Shown in pieces: positions 8,929 to 16,655 of a DNA stretch of 24,000 nucleotides. The stretch spans positions 67,728-91,727 of the forward strand of contig JAHHSO010000003.1 of the NCBI GenBank assembly GCA_020025205.1. Direction: 5' to 3'. This DNA comes from Christensenellaceae bacterium. GTDB lineage: Bacteria; Bacillota; Clostridia; Christensenellales; Aristaeellaceae. The stretch's first letter is position 1, and each line of letters opens with the position of its first letter. The translations under genes and the position numbers were made by a program. Below the pieces are notes generated by a model that was given only the letters and a program-made list of their open reading frames with translations, had not been told where the DNA came from and made no database searches.

Positions 8929-10795
8929 GATTGCTCTCCTGATTGATTTCCTTGATTCGCTCAGCCAGCTGTTCTGGCATCAGTCCGCATTCCTCAAGCA
9001 GTTGTGCTACTGAGCCGTGTGCCACAAATCGATTTTCTATACCAATGATTGCAGCAGGTTCCGGCACTTTTTCATTTACGCAGATCCGTGCAATCTCGCT
9101 GCCGAATCCGCCGATTTTTTCGCCTTCTTCAATTGTAATCAGTTTCGCCCCGCGTGCAAACAGCTCTCTTAGACAATCCATATCCAGCGGTTTAAGTGTG
9201 CAGCAATCAATCACGCCGACGTGAATGCCTTCCTTTTCGAGCAGCTGCGATGCCTGAAGCGCATGAAGCGTCATTCGGCCATAGGTCAAAATGACCAGAT
9301 CTCCGCCTGAAACAAGCGTCTGCCATTTGCCGATTTTAAATGGTTCTCCCTCTGCAAACGGTTCAATTCCTTCCTTTGGATACTGAACCACGCACGGCCC
9401 ATTCAGCTCAAGCGTTGCACGCACGGCCTGACGAATCTGCTGAGTATCCCGCGGCGCCAGCAATGTGAGGTTGGGAATGCTCATCAGCATTGGTACGCTG
9501 AGCACCCCATGATGCGTCTTTCCGTCATCACCAACAAGCCCGATATGGTCGGACAAAATGCACACCGGTAAATTCTGAAGACAGACATCATGGACAATCT
9601 GATCATATGCACGCTGAAGAAACGTCGAATATACCGCAAAATATGGCCTGTATCCGCCGCGTGCCAGGCCTGCACACATGCTGACGGCATGTTGCTCGGC
9701 AATGCCGACATCAAAAAAGCGTTTAGGATAGTATCCTGCAAATTCGGCCAGCCCTGTTCCGTCCACCATCGCCGCTGTCACAGCAACAACACGCGGATCT
9801 TCTGCCGCCATCGCAACAAGCGCCTTGCCGCCTGCCTGCGCCGCGCTTTCCTTGCTGCTCTGCTTTCGCTTCATGCCGTTTTCCACCCAGAAAGGTGCAA
9901 TGCCATGAAACTTTTCCGGCTGACGTTCTGCCAAATCGTATCCATATCCCTTTTTCGTGATGACATGAATCAGAAGCGGCGTATCATCCACCTGTTTGGC
10001 TTCTTCGAATACATGGGTCATTTCTTCAATGTTGTGACCATCGAACGGGCCAAGATAGCGAAAGCCCAGCGCTTCGAACATCTCGCCTCCGGTCGTAACG
10101 GATTTGACCATGTTTTTTACGCTCTCAATTGCATGAGCCAGCGGCACGCCGACAAGCGGGATCTTCTCCATGCGGCTGCGGATGCGTTTTTTCCCTCCAT
10201 ACCAGGACGCACTCGCACGCAGATGCTTGAAATAATTCGACAATGCGCCCACATTTTTAGAGATGGACATGGCGTTGTCATTCAGAATGACGATCAGGCG
10301 AGTATGCCCATTTCCAGCGTCGTTCATAGCTTCATAGCACATGCCGCCCGTGAGCGCGCCGTCGCCCACAACGGCAACCACGTGATAATTTTCCCCCGCC
10401 AGATCGCGTGCACGCGCCATACCCAATGCCATAGAAATCGACGTTGAAGAATGGCCCGTGTCAAACAAATCATGTTCACTTTCTTCGTGGCAGGGAAATC
10501 CGCTCATGCCATGATAGGATCGCAGCGTTTCAAACTGCTTCTGTCTGCCGGTCAGCAGTTTATGGGCATAGATCTGATGCCCTACATCGAATATAAGTTT
10601 ATCTGTCGGGCTGGAAAATGCCCTGTGCAATGCAATTGTTAAATCGACATCTCCCAAATTCGATGCCAGATGGCCGCCCTGACGAGAAACCGTATCCACA
10701 ATAGTCTGTCTGATTTCCTTTGCAAGCGTTCTGCACTCCTCCGCAGACAACTTTTTTACGTCCTCTGGGCCTTTCACTTCGGGCAGAATACCCAT
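8918..10795 (-). CDS. dxs: 1-deoxy-D-xylulose-5-phosphate synthase
   Basis: 625 aa with GHQIYAHKLLTGR, GMSGFPCHEESEHDLFDTGHSSTSISMALGMA, VVGDGALTGGMCYEAMN and DVGIAEQHAVSMCAGLA. Confidence 0.98.
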   Translation of the reverse strand: MGILPEVKGPEDVKKLSAEECRTLAKEIRQTIVDTVSRQGGHLASNLGDVDLTIALHRAFSSPTDKLIFDVGHQIYAHKLLTGRQKQFETLRSYHGMSGFPCHEESEHDLFDTGHSSTSISMALGMARARDLAGENYHVVAVVGDGALTGGMCYEAMNDAGNGHTRLIVILNDNAMSISKNVGALSNYFKHLRASASWYGGKKRIRSRMEKIPLVGVPLAHAIESVKNMVKSVTTGGEMFEALGFRYLGPFDGHNIEEMTHVFEEAKQVDDTPLLIHVITKKGYGYDLAERQPEKFHGIAPFWVENGMKRKQSSKESAAQAGGKALVAMAAEDPRVVAVTAAMVDGTGLAEFAGYYPKRFFDVGIAEQHAVSMCAGLARGGYRPYFAVYSTFLQRAYDQIVHDVCLQNLPVCILSDHIGLVGDDGKTHHGVLSVPMLMSIPNLTLLAPRDTQQIRQAVRATLELNGPCVVQYPKEGIEPFAEGEPFKIGKWQTLVSGGDLVILTYGRMTLHALQASQLLEKEGIHVGVIDCCTLKPLDMDCLRELFARGAKLITIEEGEKIGGFGSEIARICVNEKVPEPAAIIGIENRFVAHGSVAQLLEECGLMPEQLAERIKEINQESNHAR

Positions 10796-10807
10796 TTGTC
10801 TGCCTCC

Positions 10808-11365
10808 TTACGCTTTCTTCTTAACCTGTTTCTTTTCAAAAAAGGCCATTGCACGGCCCACCATCAGAACAATCTTGCCGCTCTTCTCAATGGCAATGCC
10901 CTTTGCATACGCCTTGCCGCCGATCATAAATGCAGAAATAAACGCCGTCATTAAAACAGAGGCCAACGCACCTGGCACACCCAATGTCACAAGGGACAGC
11001 GCAATCACCGAACCAGCCGAACCGGAAACAATGCCGACAATATCACCTACGACATCGTTCAAGACACTTGAAACGCGCTCTGCTTTACGAATGAGACGCA
11101 GTGCCTGTTTAGCTCCCGTGATCCGCTTGGAAGCCATCGCAATAAATGGCTGATCTTCCGCAGAGGTAACAGCCGTTCCAATCATATCTGTGATAATACC
11201 CACAAGTACCAGCACAATCAGCGCCACCAGCGCCACAAAAAGACCAGCAGATTCAGTAAACACGCGGGTTAAAAGGGACATTGCCACTGACAGCGCAAAA
11301 GACAGACAGACAACCGTGATAACCCATCGCTGTTTTCCCTGCTTGGACTTTTCTTTTTTATTCAT
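10808..11365 (-). CDS. oapA: OLE-associated protein (OapA-like), multi-TM membrane protein, 185 aa
   Basis: MNKKEKSKQGKQRWVITVVCLSFALSVAMSLLTRVFTESAGLFVALVALIVLVLVGIITDMIGTAVTSAEDQPFIAMASKRITGAKQALRLIRKAERVSSVLNDVVGDIVGIVSGSAGSVIALS.... Basic linkers, several TM segments, directly downstream of the OLE-like RNA and upstream of dxs, the context described for oapA. Confidence 0.88.
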   Translation of the reverse strand: MNKKEKSKQGKQRWVITVVCLSFALSVAMSLLTRVFTESAGLFVALVALIVLVLVGIITDMIGTAVTSAEDQPFIAMASKRITGAKQALRLIRKAERVSSVLNDVVGDIVGIVSGSAGSVIALSLVTLGVPGALASVLMTAFISAFMIGGKAYAKGIAIEKSGKIVLMVGRAMAFFEKKQVKKKA

Positions 11366-11409
11366 GATCTTTCAGCGTCCTTTATGTCCGCAACTTTCTG
11401 ACAATTTCT

Positions 11410-11436
11410 AAAAAAGCCCACGTCCAAGCCGTGGGC
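11410..11436 (-). terminator. Intrinsic terminator at the 3' end of the OLE RNA locus
   Basis: Minus strand GCCCACG-gcttgga-CGTGGGC-TTTTTTA: perfect 7-bp stem and 6-T tract, 45 nt before the oapA start. Confidence 0.9.
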
Positions 11437-12011
11437 AAACATTCAAAGGAAAGGTGGTAATACGACAAATAAACCTTGCGGCTTAGGTTCGGTAGGATTT
11501 CCCCACTCATTACTTCCTGTCGCCATAGAAGCGGTTTCCCTTGAAAACGAGTGCCGCGCCGTTTCCGAACGCGGGACCGAATTACCACTGAGTCCACACT
11601 GTAATCTCTGTCATATCCTCACGACAGTCTAGGAGCTTTCCTCGGCAGCCTCGGTTTCTTCCTAGCCTCTTTTGCAATCGTGGTTTCACACAGCGATCGC
11701 CCCGGTTTCCGTGAGCCTTTGGTCACCGTGCGTTGTTCCATGATCCGCCACAATCACTCAAGGCAGGCTACACTGCAGGCAGCTTTTGTACCACCATGCA
11801 GGTTTTCATGACGCAAAGCCGTCATGCCTCCACGAAAAATGGGTCGAACTCCGACATGCCATTGCCGGCCGCCCATAATTCTTACTCCCAGTGCCGACCC
11901 CCGACTGGGCGTCAGCAGCCGCCACCAGAAACTTCATCGATATGCCCTTTAACGGATTTTTAGCCCCGTCTTGAGAAGAAACTTTGCTGACTAGAATACT
12001 GCACCACCTGT
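11410..12011 (-). ncRNA. ole: OLE RNA (Ornate, Large, Extremophilic RNA)
   Basis: ~602-nt region without credible ORF, bounded by promoter and terminator. 5'/3' closing helix AGGUGGU/ACCACCU (12009-12003 with 11458-11452), plus internal helices GUCAGCA/UGCUGAC, CCCAGU/ACUGGG, CAUGACG/CGUCAUG, CUAGGA/UCCUAG and AACCU/AGGUU. Located directly upstream of an oapA-like gene and flanked by ispA/xseB/xseA and dxs/tlyA/argR/recN. Confidence 0.92.
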
Positions 12012-12017
12012 TTTTTA

Positions 12018-12046
12018 ATTATACCATAGCTGTCCGGCATTTTCAA
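12018..12046 (-). promoter_or_regulatory. Sigma-A type promoter of the OLE RNA
   Basis: Minus strand TTGAAA (12046-12041), 17-nt spacer ATGCCGGACAGCTATGG, TATAAT (12023-12018). Predicted TSS about 12011. Confidence 0.85.
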
Positions 12047-12072
12047 CAGCTTCTCAAAGAAATGAAAATCGA

Positions 12073-12519
12073 TCAGGAGAGCAGTATCCCCACAAAAATG
12101 CCCAGCAGTGCGCCAGCAAGCACCTGAATGGGCGTATGTCCAACAAGTTCTTTAAGTCTTTCCTCGCTCATGGTGAAGCCATTTCCGGCCAGCCCATCCA
12201 GCAGGTGGTTCAAAACTGCGGCATTCTGTCCGGTTGATCGGCGAACGCCCGCCGCATCATACATCACAATGCCCGCAAAACAAAATCCAAGTGCAAAAAT
12301 GGGGGACGAAAATCCTTCTTTAAATCCAATCGTCGTCACCATCGCACAAGCCAGCGCAGAATGCGAACTGGGCATACCGCCCGAACCAAACACCCGGGTC
12401 GAGTCAAAACGCCTGCTGATAGCAAACGTCAGCGCTACTTTCAGCCCCTGCGCAATTGCCCAGGCAAGAACTGCCGCCCGAATGACCTGATTGCTAAAGA
12501 TTTCTCGAAAAACCCACAC
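12073..12519 (-). CDS. Divergent PAP2 family (DUF212) membrane protein
   Basis: 148 aa: VLAWAIAQGLKV...RVFGSGGMPSSHSALACAMVTTIG...YDAAGVRRSTGQNAAVLN...ELVGHTPIQVLAGALLGIFVG. Confidence 0.92.
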   Translation of the reverse strand: MWVFREIFSNQVIRAAVLAWAIAQGLKVALTFAISRRFDSTRVFGSGGMPSSHSALACAMVTTIGFKEGFSSPIFALGFCFAGIVMYDAAGVRRSTGQNAAVLNHLLDGLAGNGFTMSEERLKELVGHTPIQVLAGALLGIFVGILLS

Positions 12520-12534
12520 GAGTATTTCCTCCCG

Positions 12535-13446
12535 TCACTTTTTCCTCTTGGCCAGTGCATCGGCAAACGCCTGAAGGAACCTCGCGTCCTCACCGAAGCA
12601 ATCAAGTGCTTCTTTGGCCTGCTGCCACAACAAATTAGATCGCGCCTTTGCCGCCTCTATGCCCACAAGCGCCGGCCACGTCATCTTGCCGTGCTGAGCA
12701 TCCATACCCGTTGCCTTGCCCATTTCCCCTGCATTGCCTTCTACATCGAGCAAATCGTCGTCAATCTGGAAGGCTACGCCGACACAGGCACCAAACCGCT
12801 CAAGCGCTGTTCTCTGCTGCTCTGTCGCGCCGGCAATATAGGATGCCGCCATCAGCGGAGCGGTCAGAAGATCCGCCGTCTTATGCGTGTGAATATAGAA
12901 AAGCGTATCCGCATCCGGATCATGGTGTTCGCTGAGCAAATCAACGCACTGTCCGGCAATCATGCCGCTGACGCCTGCACGCTTTGCCACCGCTTCTGCC
13001 GCACGAATATGCCCTTCCAGATGATCTTTAAAGCGCAACGCATTTGAAAGCATGCACTCATATGCATAATTCAGCAGACCATCGCCCGCCAGAATAGCAA
13101 ACCCTTCTCCAAACACCTTATGATTTGTCAATCTGCCGCGGCGATAGTCATCGTTGTCCATGCCTGGAAGATCATCATGAATAAGCGAATAAGTATGAAT
13201 CATTTCCAGCGCAGCAGCCGGAACAAGCGCTTCCTCTATATTGCCTTTGAGCATGTCGCAAACCGCCAGCAGAAGAACCGGCCTCACGCGTTTTCCGCCT
13301 GCCAGAAGGCTGTACCGCATGGCTTCACTCAGCTTTCCGGGCATTTCGCCTTCGGGTGGACAAAGCATCTTCCCTTCCGGCAATATGGTATTCAGAGTTG
13401 CTTCAATCAGAGCCGCATACCGCTGATACTGCTCAATATACTCCAT
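12535..13446 (-). CDS. ispA: Polyprenyl (farnesyl) diphosphate synthase
   Basis: MEYIEQYQRYAALIEATLNTILP...LLAGGKRVRPVLLLAV...MIHTYSLIHDDLPGMDNDDYRRGRLTNH...FQIDDDLLDVEG. Start chosen at the ATG at 13446 (GAGGAAG RBS) rather than ORF-track 13533. Confidence 0.96.
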   Translation of the reverse strand: MEYIEQYQRYAALIEATLNTILPEGKMLCPPEGEMPGKLSEAMRYSLLAGGKRVRPVLLLAVCDMLKGNIEEALVPAAALEMIHTYSLIHDDLPGMDNDDYRRGRLTNHKVFGEGFAILAGDGLLNYAYECMLSNALRFKDHLEGHIRAAEAVAKRAGVSGMIAGQCVDLLSEHHDPDADTLFYIHTHKTADLLTAPLMAASYIAGATEQQRTALERFGACVGVAFQIDDDLLDVEGNAGEMGKATGMDAQHGKMTWPALVGIEAAKARSNLLWQQAKEALDCFGEDARFLQAFADALAKRKK

Positions 13447-13660
13447 GTTCTTCCTCCTCAAATGGTGTAATTTCTGCTGTATAAGGATCAATTTGCTCGA
13501 TCCTCTTCCTATACTTTGCCAGCTCTTTTTCAAGCTGGTCTGCCAGTTTCACACCCTCTTCGTAGGCTTTCATCGTCTCATCAAGGGTCAGCTCACCGCC
13601 GCTGAGCCGTTCAGTCAATGCTTCCAGCTGCTGCATCCCCTCTTCAAAAGATGTTTTCAT
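13433..13660 (-). CDS. xseB: Exodeoxyribonuclease VII small subunit
   Basis: 75 aa: MKTSFEEGMQQLEALTERLSGGELTLDETMKAYEEGVKLADQLEKELAKYRKRIEQI. Overlaps the ispA start. Confidence 0.95.
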   Translation of the reverse strand: MKTSFEEGMQQLEALTERLSGGELTLDETMKAYEEGVKLADQLEKELAKYRKRIEQIDPYTAEITPFEEEEHGVY

Positions 13661-14859
13661 TTCTTTCCCTCCGCAATGAGCGCCTGTACGCTTCCATCCG
13701 CAAAGCGAAGCGTAACCACATCTCCTTTACAGAGTGCGGACGCATCAGCTATCGCCGATTCTCCCTTCTGCACGATGGCATAACCACGTGCCAGTACGCG
13801 GTACGGGTTCAAAAGCGACAATTCCTTCTTTTTCTGCTCCAATTTCCGTTCCCGGCTATCCGCAGCCATCAGCATTGCTGCATGCAGCTTTTCCATTTGC
13901 TGCGTCAGCCGCGCCGCTAAAACATCCAGCTCTCTATTCGGCTGGCAGTTGGATAATCTGGAACGAGCCAGCTTCAATTCCGCTTCACGTTTTGAAATCA
14001 TGCGTTCTGCCGCATCCTTGAGCTGACTGCGCAACCCATGGAGCGCATCTTCAACTTCAGCGCGAATGGGCATCACGCATTCCGCCGCTGCGGAAGGCGT
14101 TGGCACGCGCAGATCTGCCGCAAGATCGCAAAGCGTTACATCCGTCTCGTGCCCAACAGCAGAGACGATCGGCTTGGAACACTCGGCCACCGCCCGCACC
14201 ACACATTCTTCGTTAAACGCCCAGAGATCTTCAATTGAGCCACCGCCGCGTGCCACAACAATCACACTGATATGCTCCAATTGATCTAAGATTTGAATCG
14301 CCTGTGCAATCTCTTGTGCCGCACCCATTCCCTGTACACGCACTGGACAAAGCAGAATTCTGCCCTGTGGATTGCGGCGCAAAGAAACGTTTAAAATATC
14401 ATGAATCACCGCCCCTGTCGGGGAGGAAACCACGCCCACCGTATTCACAAATGCGGGAATCGGTTTTTTACGCGCGGAATCAAATAAACCTTCCTCTTTG
14501 AGTTTTCCTTTAAGTGCCAGAAGCCTTTCGTAAAGAACACCAACGCCCTGAGCCTGGATATGTTTAGCGACAAACTGATACTGTCCGCCGCGCGCATACA
14601 ACCCTGAGCTCCCTTTTAAAAGGGCACGCATCCCTTCAAACGGTACTGTCTGAAGCTCCATTGTATCGTCAGGATACATCACACAGGAAACAGCCGCCTG
14701 CTCATCCTTGAGCGTAAAAAAGAGCATCCTGTTCTGGTGAAATTTCAGATTGCTGATTTCGCCTTTTAACTCAATGTTCAGAAGCATCGGGTCCATCTGG
14801 AACATCCTGCGCACATACTCATTGAGTTGGGAAACCGTCAGCGTCAGTTTAGAAGCCAT
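13657..14859 (-). CDS. xseA: Exodeoxyribonuclease VII large subunit
   Basis: MASKLTLTVSQLNEYVRRMFQMDPMLLNIELKGEISNLKFHQNRMLFFTLKDEQA...GVVSSPTGAVIHDILNVSLRRNP...VIVVARGGGSIEDLWAFNEE. Start chosen at 14859 by homology; ORF track gives 14901. Confidence 0.96.
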   Translation of the reverse strand: MASKLTLTVSQLNEYVRRMFQMDPMLLNIELKGEISNLKFHQNRMLFFTLKDEQAAVSCVMYPDDTMELQTVPFEGMRALLKGSSGLYARGGQYQFVAKHIQAQGVGVLYERLLALKGKLKEEGLFDSARKKPIPAFVNTVGVVSSPTGAVIHDILNVSLRRNPQGRILLCPVRVQGMGAAQEIAQAIQILDQLEHISVIVVARGGGSIEDLWAFNEECVVRAVAECSKPIVSAVGHETDVTLCDLAADLRVPTPSAAAECVMPIRAEVEDALHGLRSQLKDAAERMISKREAELKLARSRLSNCQPNRELDVLAARLTQQMEKLHAAMLMAADSRERKLEQKKKELSLLNPYRVLARGYAIVQKGESAIADASALCKGDVVTLRFADGSVQALIAEGKK

Positions 14860-15691
14860 ATTGTTCTGCTGCATCCATGGTGTTGGACAACAGCATGGCA
14901 ATCGTCATCTGTCCAACGCCGCCCGGAACAGGTGTCAAATACCCTGCTGTCTGCGAAACTTCTTCGGCATTCACATCGCCCACCAGTTTTCCGTTCAGGC
15001 GATTGGTGCCCACGTCAATCACGACAGCGCCCGGTTTCACCATGTCTGCCGTCACAAAATTCGCCCGGCCGACCGCAGCAACCAGTATATCTGCCTGACG
15101 AGTAATTTCTTTGAGATTCTCCGTTTTCGAATGGCAGATCGTCACCGTTGCATCCGCAGCCAGGAGCAGCATGGCTAAAGGTTTTCCAACGATGTTGCTT
15201 CTTCCGATAATGACAGCGCGCCGCCCTCTTATAGGAATATCATACGCTTCAAGGAGCTTCATCACGCCAATCGCAGTACACGGCACAAACCCCTTCTGTC
15301 CGCATGCCAGTTTGCCGGCGTTGACTGCATGGAAACCATCCACATCTTTTTTCGGATCAATGATATCTATAACGCGCTGTTCACTCAAATGTCCCGGCAG
15401 CGGCAGCTGAACCAAAATGCCATGAACAGCCTCATCCTCATTCAGCTCTTTTACAACACTTTCCAATTCTTCCTGTGTACAGTCTGCGTCAAGGCGAATC
15501 ACACTGGACAAAATTCCAGCCTTTTCACAAGCCTTCTCCTTATTGCGCACATAAATCTGGCTTCCCGGGTCATCTCCAACCAGCACAACCGCCAAATGCG
15601 GCACAATTCCGCGCGCTCGGCAAGCTTTCGCCCTATTCGCTGCATCTGCTTTCCAGCGTTCTGCAACGCTTCGACCTTCCATAACTGGCAT
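14849..15691 (-). CDS. folD: Bifunctional methylenetetrahydrofolate dehydrogenase/cyclohydrolase
   Basis: LAVVLVGDDPGSQIYVRNKEKACEKAGI...GILVQLPLPGHL...KDVDGFHAVNAGKL...GRSNIVGKPLAMLL...YLTPVPGGVGQMTIAMLL. Confidence 0.97.
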   Translation of the reverse strand: MPVMEGRSVAERWKADAANRAKACRARGIVPHLAVVLVGDDPGSQIYVRNKEKACEKAGILSSVIRLDADCTQEELESVVKELNEDEAVHGILVQLPLPGHLSEQRVIDIIDPKKDVDGFHAVNAGKLACGQKGFVPCTAIGVMKLLEAYDIPIRGRRAVIIGRSNIVGKPLAMLLLAADATVTICHSKTENLKEITRQADILVAAVGRANFVTADMVKPGAVVIDVGTNRLNGKLVGDVNAEEVSQTAGYLTPVPGGVGQMTIAMLLSNTMDAAEQYGF

Positions 15692-15707
15692 AAGACCCCT
15701 CCTTTAA

Positions 15708-16655
15708 TCATCCTTCTCTGCGATAAGCTTCCGCTCCAAGAAGTGCCACACCTACCGCATTGTCACCAGACAGTTCCGGATGCGCAAAGCAAAGCCGGCA
15801 ATGAAGTCCGCGCTTTTTTGCACGCTCAAGCAGCATCCTTTTCAGCAGTGCAGACGATGCCACACCACCGGCAAGCAGAGCATGATGCACACCCGTCTGT
15901 TCCTGAGCTGCTTCAATCATCCTGATGATTGTGCGGCTCAAAAAATCAAACACTTCTGCGGCGATCTGTTCAGGCGGCATTTTCCCTTCTTCCAGCCATC
16001 GGACGATCTTATTCTCTGCCCCTGCCAGATTGCAGTTCACCCCTTTGACAGATACACCAATAAGCGCCTGTGCTTTTCCTTTCATCGCCAGCTTTTCAAG
16101 CTCCGGTCCTGCAGGAAACGGCATCTTCAACCGAACGCCCGTCCTGTCCACCAGCTGACCCGCATGCAGATCAAGACTGCCGCCCAGAAGCGTCAATTGA
16201 CCCGCATTGCACAAAAGCAGCTCAGTTGTGCCGCCGGAAAGATGAAGAGCCAGAAAAGGCGTACTTTCATCAATTCCAGAATCCAGCATCGCCGCACGAA
16301 CATGCCCTTCCTGATGACTGACAGGATAAAAAGGCACGCGCAACAATGTTGCAGCTGCGCGCGCCTGACTTTCTCCCGCACGAAACACGGGCATATATGA
16401 CTCTTCCACCGGCCGCGGGCGCACGCTTGCACACACTGCACAAATCTCCGCTTCCGGTGCTTCGCCTCTCACATTTTCAAGCATCTGCGGCAGATTTTTT
16501 ACATGCTGAAACAGTCCTTGCGACTGCATCAGTCCACGGCCTCCCTCCTGCACCGTCAAAAGACGGCGGGATGACGCAATCAGCTCTCCTTCTGGAGTCA
16601 CCAGCGCGCAAGAAGTCGTGTAGCAGCTTGTGTCAATTCCCAGAATCGCTCTCAT
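15708..16655 (-). CDS. TsaD/Kae1/Qri7-like paralogue (ASKHA fold)
   Basis: ILGIDTSCYTTSCALV, SHQEGHVRAA (HxxxH), LHLSGGTTELLL, LLAGGVASSALLKRML and LSGDNAVGVALLG. Divergent from canonical TsaD and shorter. Confidence 0.85.
   Translation of the reverse strand: MRAILGIDTSCYTTSCALVTPEGELIASSRRLLTVQEGGRGLMQSQGLFQHVKNLPQMLENVRGEAPEAEICAVCASVRPRPVEESYMPVFRAGESQARAAATLLRVPFYPVSHQEGHVRAAMLDSGIDESTPFLALHLSGGTTELLLCNAGQLTLLGGSLDLHAGQLVDRTGVRLKMPFPAGPELEKLAMKGKAQALIGVSVKGVNCNLAGAENKIVRWLEEGKMPPEQIAAEVFDFLSRTIIRMIEAAQEQTGVHHALLAGGVASSALLKRMLLERAKKRGLHCRLCFAHPELSGDNAVGVALLGAEAYRREG

Noticed and set aside
9590-10447. 285-aa plus-strand ORF
   Set aside because: Antisense to dxs, which has unmistakable conserved motifs. 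No recognisable domain.
11382-11597. 71-aa minus-strand ORF MDSVVIRSRVRKRRGTRFQ...
   Set aside because: Begins inside the structured RNA and runs through the terminator hairpin; no domain or RBS support.
11733-11963. 76-aa plus-strand ORF inside the RNA locus
   Set aside because: No convincing RBS or domain; composition reflects the structured RNA on the opposite strand.
11410-12011. Alternative identities: RNase P RNA, tmRNA, group II intron, long riboswitch
   Set aside because: I see no RNase P core motifs (such as GAGGAAAGUCC or ACAGAAA), no tmRNA tRNA-like ends or tag ORF, no intron ORF or domain V pattern. Length and context fit OLE better. A covariance search would settle it.
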